NCBI GenBank assembly: GCA_964349415.1
Contig: CAYGGJ010000001.1
Span: 1-53,318 of the forward strand
Length of the DNA stretch: 53,318 bases
Source: an uncultured Gammaproteobacteria bacterium
Lineage (GTDB): Bacteria; Patescibacteriota; Microgenomatia; UBA1406; GWC2-37-13
Direction of reading: 5' to 3'
Under the pieces are notes generated by a model, which saw only the letters and a program-made list of their open reading frames with translations, was not told where the DNA came from and did not search any database. A program made the translations under genes and the position numbers. Of the stretch, positions 18,371 to 25,268 are shown piece by piece. Positions within the stretch are counted from its first letter, which is position 1. Every line of letters begins with the position of its first letter.

Positions 18371-19024
18371 ATGAAAAGAGTTGCGGTTTATTTCTCCATT
18401 GTCTTAAGTTTCCTCTTTCTTCTTGTAGTTTCTGCGCCGGTAGCCCAAGCAGCATCCTTAAAATTCGATAAAACTACCGTAAATGTAAATGCCGGTGAGA
18501 CGTTTGATATCGGTGTAGTCGTAGATGCGGGTACCGACTCTATTCATACGACAGACGCATACGTTTTATACGACTCATCTCTACTTGAAGCAAGCGGAGT
18601 AACCGACGGTACATTTTTCCCCAGTGTTTTCAACGATATTACTTCGCAAAGAGTATATATCGGAGGACTAGTTGATGACCCCGCCACCTCAAAAACAGGC
18701 TCCGGTACCATTGCGACCATCAATTTCAAAGCACTACAATCGGGTACCGTAACCCTAAGCTATATCTGTGGCGAAAGCGGCGAAACTTCTCAGGTAATTA
18801 AAAACGATATTAATGCTACAGATATTATTACCTGTAGCTCCAATGGAACAGCGTCTGTAACCGTCTCCGGAGCAGCGGTTCCCACTTCAACCCCGTCAGC
18901 GCTTTCACCTACGCCATCCGAGCTTCCCAAAACAGGAGTTTTAGACAATTTGGTAAAAGTTGCCATACCGGGAATTATGTTGTTAGTGCTCGGCGGAATT
19001 CTAAAATTATTTCTGAGAATATAA
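18371..19024 (+). CDS. Cohesin-like surface protein with an LPXTG-type sorting signal
   Basis: Signal peptide ending AQA. LKFDKTTVNVNAGETFDIGVVVDAGTDSIHTTDAYVLYDSSLLEASGV ... IATINFKALQSGTVTL is cohesin-like. The C-terminus is ELPKTG plus a hydrophobic stretch plus K..LRI. Confidence 0.75.
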   Translation: MKRVAVYFSIVLSFLFLLVVSAPVAQAASLKFDKTTVNVNAGETFDIGVVVDAGTDSIHTTDAYVLYDSSLLEASGVTDGTFFPSVFNDITSQRVYIGGLVDDPATSKTGSGTIATINFKALQSGTVTLSYICGESGETSQVIKNDINATDIITCSSNGTASVTVSGAAVPTSTPSALSPTPSELPKTGVLDNLVKVAIPGIMLLVLGGILKLFLRI

Positions 19025-19071
19025 AAGCATTTGAAATTTATTATTAAAGGTTTACAATTTCACAAATACTG

Positions 19072-19662
19072 ATGGAAAAGAAAAAGACTGTTAAAATTGC
19101 CTCAATCGTAGTAGGAGTAATACTTTCAATACTGGTAGTCATCGTAGGATTTAACCTTATTCAAAGCGTCTTCACCAGAGCTTCTGATTCCGAGCCAAGG
19201 GATGTACTGGTTACTGAGAAAACCGAAAACAGTGCTAAAATTACCTGGACCACCGGGCAGGAGACAGAAGGAGTAGTGCAATACGGACTTTCACCGACAT
19301 CCCTTAACTCAGTAGGACAGCCCGAAACTCAAAAAAGTCTATCGCATTCGGTTACATTAACATTGCTTTCACCCGCTACCACTTATTACTTCCAGATCTC
19401 GATCGGAGGGCAGACCTTTGATAATGGGGGAGTACCGTGGACCTTTTCTACCCTCGACAGAAATCAGAGCGCAAATCCCGCAACGCCACTTATATCACCT
19501 ACCGTAGTGCCCACCGCAGTACTTCAGGCGACACCTATACCATTGGCCACACAAGCTGTCTGTACTGAGGCCGGAGGCACTGATTGTGAAGCGATAAAAG
19601 CAAAATTAGGACAAGGATGCACTACGCGCGATTACATCCAGTGCAAAAAGAAATCCCCATAA
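19072..19662 (+). CDS. Signal-anchored FN3 / purple-acid-phosphatase-N-like domain protein with a Cys-containing tail
   Basis: PRDVLVTEKTENSAKITWTTGQETEGVVQYGLSPTSL...SHSVTLTLLSPATTYYFQI fits the FN3-like 'ItWtT...s.V.YG...l....h.v.L.gL.P.T.YyY' pattern. Confidence 0.65.
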   Translation: MEKKKTVKIASIVVGVILSILVVIVGFNLIQSVFTRASDSEPRDVLVTEKTENSAKITWTTGQETEGVVQYGLSPTSLNSVGQPETQKSLSHSVTLTLLSPATTYYFQISIGGQTFDNGGVPWTFSTLDRNQSANPATPLISPTVVPTAVLQATPIPLATQAVCTEAGGTDCEAIKAKLGQGCTTRDYIQCKKKSP

Positions 19663-19680
19663 TTCATACCTACTGCGTAG

Positions 19681-20328
19681 CTAAATAATTCCGGTTCCCA
19701 AAGCATTCGGGGGGATAAGTATTTGAAGAAAAAAAGAAAGGATAGGCTGCATTATTGCAGAAAGCATGCTCTGACCACCCAGCGGCAGAAGAAGCAAGAG
19801 GAGAAATATGATTCCATACCTTTCAAGCTGATACCATTCATGAGCACGGCTTGCAGGCAGAAGCCCTCCTACGACCTTGAAGCCGTCAAGAGGCGATACG
19901 GGGAGCAGATTTAGTATTGCAAGAACCAGATTTATCACTATCAACTGTGTCAAAAATACAATAAAAAACTCACTGGTGGAAGTAAGTCGCAAGAGAAGGG
20001 CAGCTGCGCCGGCCAATACAAGATTCGTAGCAGGTCCTGCAAAAGCAATAAGCGCAGAATCTCTTCTGGGGTCTTTGAGGTTAAAGGGATCGATCGGTAC
20101 CGGCTTTGCCCATCCGATAAGAATAGGTGATCCGGTTGCAATCAGAAAAAAAGGAAGTAGAATCGAGCCGAAAAGATCAATGTGGGGGATAGGGTTTAAG
20201 GTTAGTCTTCCTGCGACGCGGGCTGTCGGATCTCCCAGCCGGTCTGCTACATATCCGTGGGAAATCTCATGCATTATGACGGAAAACACCAATACGATAA
20301 GACTTATCAGCATACGATTATTATACAC
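19681..20328 (-). CDS. Site-2 protease family (M50) intramembrane zinc metalloprotease
   Basis: HEISHGYVA (HExxH in TM1), multiple TM helices and the LNLLPVSPLDG second metal-ligand motif. Confidence 0.85.
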   Translation of the reverse strand: MYNNRMLISLIVLVFSVIMHEISHGYVADRLGDPTARVAGRLTLNPIPHIDLFGSILLPFFLIATGSPILIGWAKPVPIDPFNLKDPRRDSALIAFAGPATNLVLAGAAALLLRLTSTSEFFIVFLTQLIVINLVLAILNLLPVSPLDGFKVVGGLLPASRAHEWYQLERYGIIFLLLLLLPLGGQSMLSAIMQPILSFFLQILIPPNALGTGII

Positions 20329-20405
20329 TGCAGGCTTAGAATGTTTGATTATAAAGCCGTAATGTACTATAATAGTGATCTACCCTTATTTATTATAGAA
20401 ATCAT

Positions 20406-20699
20406 ATGTCAGTTTGTTATCACTGTGGAAAAGGAATTCTCATGGGGAGATCTCACACCCATCATAGAGGTGTAGCGGGAGGCCGTTGGAAAAAAAGAGC
20501 GCCTAAAACCCAGAGAATCTTCCGGCCGAATCTCCAAAAAGTCCAGATCATGGAAGATGGAGACAAAATGACCGTAAAGCTTTGTTCAAAATGTCTGAAG
20601 AGAGTAAGGAAAGATGTCCGCGAGGGTGTCAGACCGTTTTTAACCCTGGTTACTTACCAAACAAAAACTCAGGAACAGCCGGTAGCGCAAGCTTCGTAA
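20406..20699 (+). CDS. rpmB: 50S ribosomal protein L28 (Cys-containing form with an extended C-terminus)
   Basis: MSVCYHCGKG...GRSHTHH...RIFRPNLQKVQI...VKLCSKCLKRV parallels the L28 core (C..tGK...G...SH......R.f.PNLq...). CxxC...CxxC is present. Confidence 0.85.
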   Translation: MSVCYHCGKGILMGRSHTHHRGVAGGRWKKRAPKTQRIFRPNLQKVQIMEDGDKMTVKLCSKCLKRVRKDVREGVRPFLTLVTYQTKTQEQPVAQAS

Positions 20700-21248
20700 T
20701 CATATCCTCTTCATCTTCACCAGCTTGTCACCATCTTCCTCATACAGTGTAACTTTTTGTTCCAGACACCTTTGTGTAAAAAGAATTCCCTTAAGATGGT
20801 CTATTTCGTGCTGTACGATAATGGAATTTAGGCCTGAGAACCACTCCTTGTGAGTTTGTTCATCCAAATCCTGCCATTCTACGAGGACTTTTTCCGTACG
20901 TTTTAAAGGCGCCCAGATACGGGGGACTGAAAGACAGCCTTCCATTTTTTCTTCATCAGGTTGGTCTTTTTTAGTTTTTGATTCACCCTTTTTTGCAGCC
21001 TTTTCTACATCTAGAATCTTTGGATTAATAAAGACCTGGGTTTCTACGGTTGGTTTTGCTTTTATGATAAAAAGAGCTACAGAATGTCCCACCTGAGGAG
21101 CCGCGAGTCCGACGCCCTGCGGATCTGATTGAAGGAGGAGTGTTTCTTCCATGTCGACTACCAGTTTTCTGATTCTCTTATCCACCTTGCCAATATGTTT
21201 GGTCGGAGCAGTGAGGACGGCGTGGGGGGCAGTTAGAATTTTAAGCAT
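20700..21248 (-). CDS. def: Peptide deformylase
   Basis: All three canonical motifs are present: GVGLAAPQVG, EGCLSVP and HEIDHLKG. A charged insertion precedes EGCLS. Confidence 0.93.
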   Translation of the reverse strand: MLKILTAPHAVLTAPTKHIGKVDKRIRKLVVDMEETLLLQSDPQGVGLAAPQVGHSVALFIIKAKPTVETQVFINPKILDVEKAAKKGESKTKKDQPDEEKMEGCLSVPRIWAPLKRTEKVLVEWQDLDEQTHKEWFSGLNSIIVQHEIDHLKGILFTQRCLEQKVTLYEEDGDKLVKMKRI

Positions 21249-21803
21249 TTATCTATTTCTTTTTTTGTTGTAATACGATAAAGACAGTAAGAGTATGTTG
21301 AGGACAAATACGGTGAGAGCCATATATGGGAAGGTCATAAAGCCGTAATAAAAACTGTAGCCTTTGATGCAGGAGACGCCTACTACCGTAGGATCGCAGC
21401 CTGCCGGAAGTGCATTGGGGAAGAGATGAAGAGTGTAATGATAGGTTGACACCAAGCCCCCAATCGCATTCATAACGATAAGATATGGCGTCAGCACTCT
21501 CTCGTTTCGCAGGATAGACATATATAGAAGCAGTGGTTGAGGATACATTGCCAGTCTTTGGTACCAACAAAGTACGCAAGGTGGAAATTTTACTATTTCG
21601 GAGAGAAACAAGCTCGCCAGCATTGCAATAAGCGAAAGGAAAAATACGAGGTAATAACTTTTTGGCGCCAGGAATGCTACGAGTTGATTCCAAAGTCCAT
21701 TCTTAAAAAGCTTGTGAGCAAGAAAGAGAAGGAGTGCGACAGCTAGTCCGACATTTCCCAATAAAGCAAGAGCTGCAATTAGATTTATGCCGACCTCTGT
21801 CAT
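21249..21803 (-). CDS. DsbB/BdbC-family disulfide bond formation protein
   Basis: PPCVLCWYQRLAMYP (CxxC at the TM1 end, as in BdbC), a second Cys pair (AGCDPTVVGVSC) and four TM helices. The start is set at the internal Met (MTEVGINL), leaving the palindromic repeat intergenic. Confidence 0.8.
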   Translation of the reverse strand: MTEVGINLIAALALLGNVGLAVALLLFLAHKLFKNGLWNQLVAFLAPKSYYLVFFLSLIAMLASLFLSEIVKFPPCVLCWYQRLAMYPQPLLLYMSILRNERVLTPYLIVMNAIGGLVSTYHYTLHLFPNALPAGCDPTVVGVSCIKGYSFYYGFMTFPYMALTVFVLNILLLSLSYYNKKRNR

Positions 21804-21820
21804 GAGGGATATTATATAAT

Positions 21821-21884
21821 AGCATTTAGTAGTTAGCATTCAGTATTTAGGACCCTACATGCTATATGCTTAATGCTAAATACT
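21821..21884. repeat. Imperfect 32+32-bp palindrome built from GCATTTAG / CTAAATGC units (repeat family copy a)
   Basis: agcatttagtagttagcattcagtatttagga | ccctacatgctatatgcttaatgctaaatact. The arms match at 22 of 32 positions when one is reverse-complemented. It ends 4 nt before the ATG at 21889. Confidence 0.7.
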
Positions 21885-21888
21885 CCAT

Positions 21889-22656
21889 ATGAGACTATCG
21901 CTTTGTATTGCTACGTATAACGAAGAGAGTTTTATTCACTTTCCTCTAGATTCTTCCTACGACTTTGTTGACGAAGTCATTATTGTTGATGGGTCGTCTA
22001 CCGACGGTACCGTAAAAAAGGTCAAATCATATGGGAATAAGGTGAAGGTTTTTACTGAAGAAAACCCTCCGATGTTTCATATCAATAAACAGAAGGCGAT
22101 AGAGCGTAGCGAAGGAGATTGGATTCTGCAGCTTGATGCGGATGAGGCCGTAACACCTGAACTTAAGCGTGAGATTCTGGATGTAGTAACAGGAGGTGCT
22201 GATAAAAAGACAGTAGCCTATTGGATTCCCCGGAAAAACTACTTCTTAGGAAAATTTCTGACCAAGGGAGGCGTTTATCCCGACTACACCATCCGTCTTT
22301 ATAAAAAAGGGGCTGCTCATTTTCCCTGCAAGACAGTACACGAGAATGTAGAAGTAAAAGGCGCAATCGGTTATCTGAAGAACGACCTGCTCCACTATGC
22401 GGATCCTGACTTTGACCGTTATCTGAAGCGTTGGAGAAGGTATACGACTTTGGACGCAAGGATGTTGATCAAAGACAAACAGAAACCTGATCTACTCTCA
22501 TATTTTATATTGAAGCCCATCAAATGGTTTCTCTCTACCTTCATCAGACATAAAGGTTTTATGGATGGATGGCAGGGGTTTGTCTTTTCCTTTATGTCTT
22601 CAATCCGCTTCTTCCGCATCTACACCGAATACCATCGACTTAGGAGCCGATCTTAA
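21889..22656 (+). CDS. Family 2 glycosyltransferase
   Basis: LSLCIATYNEESFI, VIIVDGSSTDGT and LQLDADE (DxD) give the canonical GT2 N-terminal half. Confidence 0.85.
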   Translation: MRLSLCIATYNEESFIHFPLDSSYDFVDEVIIVDGSSTDGTVKKVKSYGNKVKVFTEENPPMFHINKQKAIERSEGDWILQLDADEAVTPELKREILDVVTGGADKKTVAYWIPRKNYFLGKFLTKGGVYPDYTIRLYKKGAAHFPCKTVHENVEVKGAIGYLKNDLLHYADPDFDRYLKRWRRYTTLDARMLIKDKQKPDLLSYFILKPIKWFLSTFIRHKGFMDGWQGFVFSFMSSIRFFRIYTEYHRLRSRS

Positions 22657-23656
22657 AGTCGACAATGTCACCTTCGCGCATTTCATAATCTTTTCCGACG
22701 ATCTGTACTTTACCTTGTTCACGTGACCCCAACCAACCGTTTGCCTGTTTGAAGTCTTCATAAGTAGCAATGTCTGCTTTGATGAATTTCTTCTCAAAAT
22801 CGGTATGAATTACTCCCGCTGCTTGTGGAGCGAGCGTGCCTTTTGTGATAGTCCAAGCACGTACTTCTTTTTCTCCGCCCGTCAGAAACGATATAAGATT
22901 TAGGGTCTCATAGGCTTTCTTTATAAGGTCATTTAAGGTCGTTTCAATAAGGGGATTGAATAAGAGAAAATTGTCAGTCTTTATGAATTCTTTCACTTGC
23001 CTTCCTGTTTCTTCCTTATTTTCAAGCTGTTCGATGGAGCAGTTTACGGCAAAAATCACAGGTTTTGCAGTGAGCAGATTTAGATGGCGGATCATCTCTT
23101 TTTGTTCGCTACTTAATCCTTGAGCGCGTATCGGGACTCCTTGATTTAGCTTTTCCCTTACAGATACAACTACTTCATACAGAGCTGTTTCTTCTTTTGA
23201 AGCATTTGCTCTCGGTTCTTTTTGTTTTTGGAGTGTGGAGAGGTCTGCAAGCATAAGCTCTTCTTCGATGATTTGCATATCTTCTTGCGGATTCACCCGG
23301 TTTGCCACGTGGATGATATCTTTGTCTTCAAAAAGTCTTACTACATGTACAATCACGGAAACCTCACGGATATGAGAGAGGAATTGATTGCCCAGTCCTT
23401 CTCCTTTTGAAGCTCCTTTTACTAGGCCTGCGATGTCATAGAATTCCACGATTGCAGGAACGATTTTACTGGTTTTGACGATTTCCGCAAGGACGGGAAG
23501 TCTCTCATCGGGTACTTCGATTACTCCAACATTTGGGTCAATGGTCGCAAATGGGTAGTTCGCCTCAAGAGCAACTTGTTTCTTCAAAAGTGCATTAAAT
23601 AGGGTAGATTTTCCTACATTCGGAAGCCCCACAATTCCCACACTCAAATTAGCCAT
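22640..23656 (-). CDS. ychF: Ribosome-binding ATPase YchF (shortened, 338 aa)
   Basis: VGIVGLPNVGKSTLFNALL (P-loop), ANYPFATIDPNVG, FYDIAGLVKGAS, and a C-terminal TGS-like IHTDFEKKFIKA...GKDYEMREGDIV. Confidence 0.92.
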   Translation of the reverse strand: MANLSVGIVGLPNVGKSTLFNALLKKQVALEANYPFATIDPNVGVIEVPDERLPVLAEIVKTSKIVPAIVEFYDIAGLVKGASKGEGLGNQFLSHIREVSVIVHVVRLFEDKDIIHVANRVNPQEDMQIIEEELMLADLSTLQKQKEPRANASKEETALYEVVVSVREKLNQGVPIRAQGLSSEQKEMIRHLNLLTAKPVIFAVNCSIEQLENKEETGRQVKEFIKTDNFLLFNPLIETTLNDLIKKAYETLNLISFLTGGEKEVRAWTITKGTLAPQAAGVIHTDFEKKFIKADIATYEDFKQANGWLGSREQGKVQIVGKDYEMREGDIVDFKIGS

Positions 23657-23672
23657 AGATTATTATAGCAGT
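23634..23672 (-). repeat. Copy 1 (functional) of a 39-nt repeat: TATAAT box, ATG and ychF codons 1-8
   Basis: Minus strand reads ACTGCTATAATAATCT ATG GCT AAT TTG AGT GTG GGA AT. It matches 25226-25264 with one mismatch. Confidence 0.9.
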
Positions 23673-23678
23673 ACTTAA

Positions 23679-25058
23679 TTATCTTGAAGTAAAGATGGCT
23701 TTAGTAGGGAGGTGTGAAGAACCATTTTCCTTCTCCTGTCCGCGCCAGTGTTCCCGTACAATTGTCTCTCCATCTTCAAGGGTGACCTTATGGTTTTTCG
23801 CATAAGCGACCGCTTCTTTTGTTGCATGATAGCCCCCAGGAAGACGACGGATGTGCCATGTAACTTTATGTTTGTCTACAAACCTTTTCCTTCCGGAGTC
23901 TTCTCGAGGCGGATATTCGTCAGGTTTGGCGCGGGGGACCACAAGTGTTTTATAGGGAATCTCTTTGATTTTCCCTTTCTTTTTGTCCATTAGTTCTTCT
24001 TCTATATCTACAACAGAAGGTCCTTTTTTAACCAGCTCCGGTCTCTCTGTTAACTCTAGAAAACGGGCAAGATTAAAAAGTCGCAAAAGTTCATACAATC
24101 CTTCAGCGCCTTTCCTTTCAAATACCCTTCGGATAGGTACAGAATCTACTCCTGTTTTTAAATCTCCGTTGGAGTCTACGCCAAACATAACCTGTAGTCC
24201 ATCTATATGAAAATGGTATGAGCTGATTGTGCGGCTTTTATTTCCTACAAGTTCAACTTCCGGTGTTTGAACTTTGTCCGGCGTATATGTAAGGGCAACG
24301 TATCCCAACATATCACGGGGAAGTATCTGATTTGCAGGATGATCGATACTCAAGCGCTCGTCAAAAAAGGTAAAAACCTCATCTTTCTCCAGAAAAAGAG
24401 GAGATGGCGCAAAGCAGTTTTTTAGTCCATATCCACGTGATTCATATAATTGGTCCAAAATCTCGTCTCCTGCCTCTCGGATACTATCGGCATCAAGACT
24501 TTTTATATCAATTCTTTTTTTCATTTTGGCGATCCACTCATACACGGTTTTAATTTCTCTCATTTTTATCTCAAGGTGGCTTAATTTCGGGTAGTACCAT
24601 GCGGCTTCAGTGTCGGGTAGTCGGCCTGCCTGAATTCTCATCATTGCCAGATATCGGTCAGATACCTTTTCTGCATGATCAACTGCGAGATTTGCGACTA
24701 GATTGCCTTGTATGCGATTGATTGTATATACGCTTCTTGGCTTAGTTCGTCTTTCAAGTGGAATATGTATTTCACGTAGAGCACTCATTAAATCTAAATA
24801 TGCAGGAATTGCTCGACGTCTGCTTAATCCTGCTATGTATGTGTCATAGAGATCGTCGGATAATTGAAGCTCTGTTTCAAAGTCCCGAGGACCACGGGTG
24901 AGAAAAGCAAGACGTACTCGATCGTGCAAATCACCTTCGAGATCAAAAGTGGTGGGTTCCGGATATATGACCCAGCGATGGTCTCCAAAGATCTTTTTTA
25001 CCAAAGGATTCTGGATTTCAGATTGCTTTACCTCGACACGCTTATCACGCTCTCCCAT
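23679..25058 (-). CDS. Orphan 459-aa protein (cassette gene 2), function unknown
   Basis: Long clean ORF. ATG at 25058 is preferred over the TTG at 25064. No catalytic motif recognised. The C-terminus is basic (KHKVTWHIRRLPGGYHATKEAVAYAKNHKVTLEDGETIVREHWRG). Confidence 0.75.
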   Translation of the reverse strand: MGERDKRVEVKQSEIQNPLVKKIFGDHRWVIYPEPTTFDLEGDLHDRVRLAFLTRGPRDFETELQLSDDLYDTYIAGLSRRRAIPAYLDLMSALREIHIPLERRTKPRSVYTINRIQGNLVANLAVDHAEKVSDRYLAMMRIQAGRLPDTEAAWYYPKLSHLEIKMREIKTVYEWIAKMKKRIDIKSLDADSIREAGDEILDQLYESRGYGLKNCFAPSPLFLEKDEVFTFFDERLSIDHPANQILPRDMLGYVALTYTPDKVQTPEVELVGNKSRTISSYHFHIDGLQVMFGVDSNGDLKTGVDSVPIRRVFERKGAEGLYELLRLFNLARFLELTERPELVKKGPSVVDIEEELMDKKKGKIKEIPYKTLVVPRAKPDEYPPREDSGRKRFVDKHKVTWHIRRLPGGYHATKEAVAYAKNHKVTLEDGETIVREHWRGQEKENGSSHLPTKAIFTSR

Positions 25059-25176
25059 AACCAAAGTTTATATTATTATAGGATATAAGTCAAGCCTAAA
25101 ATTACCTTATTTAGGCGATGGATTACTATTACGACACCACCTGAACCGTAGGAGGATTGGTCAGTTCAAAAAGGCA

Positions 25177-25248
25177 TTATTTCGTTCTTCGGGTCACAAG
25201 GAGTAGGTAGGATTGTGGATTGACGATTCCCACACTTAAATTAGCCAT
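25177..25248 (-). pseudogene. Decayed duplicate of the ychF 5' end (MANLSVGIV + 14 unrelated codons), or a leader ORF derived from it
   Basis: ATG GCT AAT TTA AGT GTG GGA ATC GTC..., preceded by the same TGCTATAATAATCT. It diverges from ychF after codon 8-9 and stops at TAA (25177-25179). Confidence 0.6.
25206..25230 (-). repeat. 25-nt leader motif shared by the two cassette genes (copy upstream of the 461-aa gene)
   Basis: Minus strand GGAATCGTCAATCCACAATCCTACC matches GGAATCGCCGATCCGCAATCCTGCC at 28954-28978 in 21 of 25 positions. Homology resumes further downstream (GCCTTTTTGAACTGA versus GCCTTTTGAATTGA). Confidence 0.75.
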
Positions 25249-25268
25249 AGATTATTATAGCAGTCCGT

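Noticed and set aside
19025-19071. Inverted repeat TGAAATT-N19-AATTTCA between the LPKTG cohesin gene and the FN3 gene, as a terminator or operator
   Set aside because: It has short AT-only arms in an AT-rich spacer, with no U tract. It is indistinguishable from chance.
19723-20362. ORFs 19723-19914 (+), 19877-20362 (+, 161 aa) and 19950-20141 (-), antisense or alternative to the M50 protease gene
   Set aside because: The minus-strand frame carries the HEISHG and LNLLPVSPLDG motifs of site-2 proteases. The 161-aa antisense product is Arg/Ser-rich with no features.
21253-21746. ORF 21253-21693 (-, 146 aa) and ORF 21537-21746 (+) overlapping the DsbB-like gene
   Set aside because: They are alternative or antisense frames of a gene with a clear CxxC motif and a four-TM pattern.
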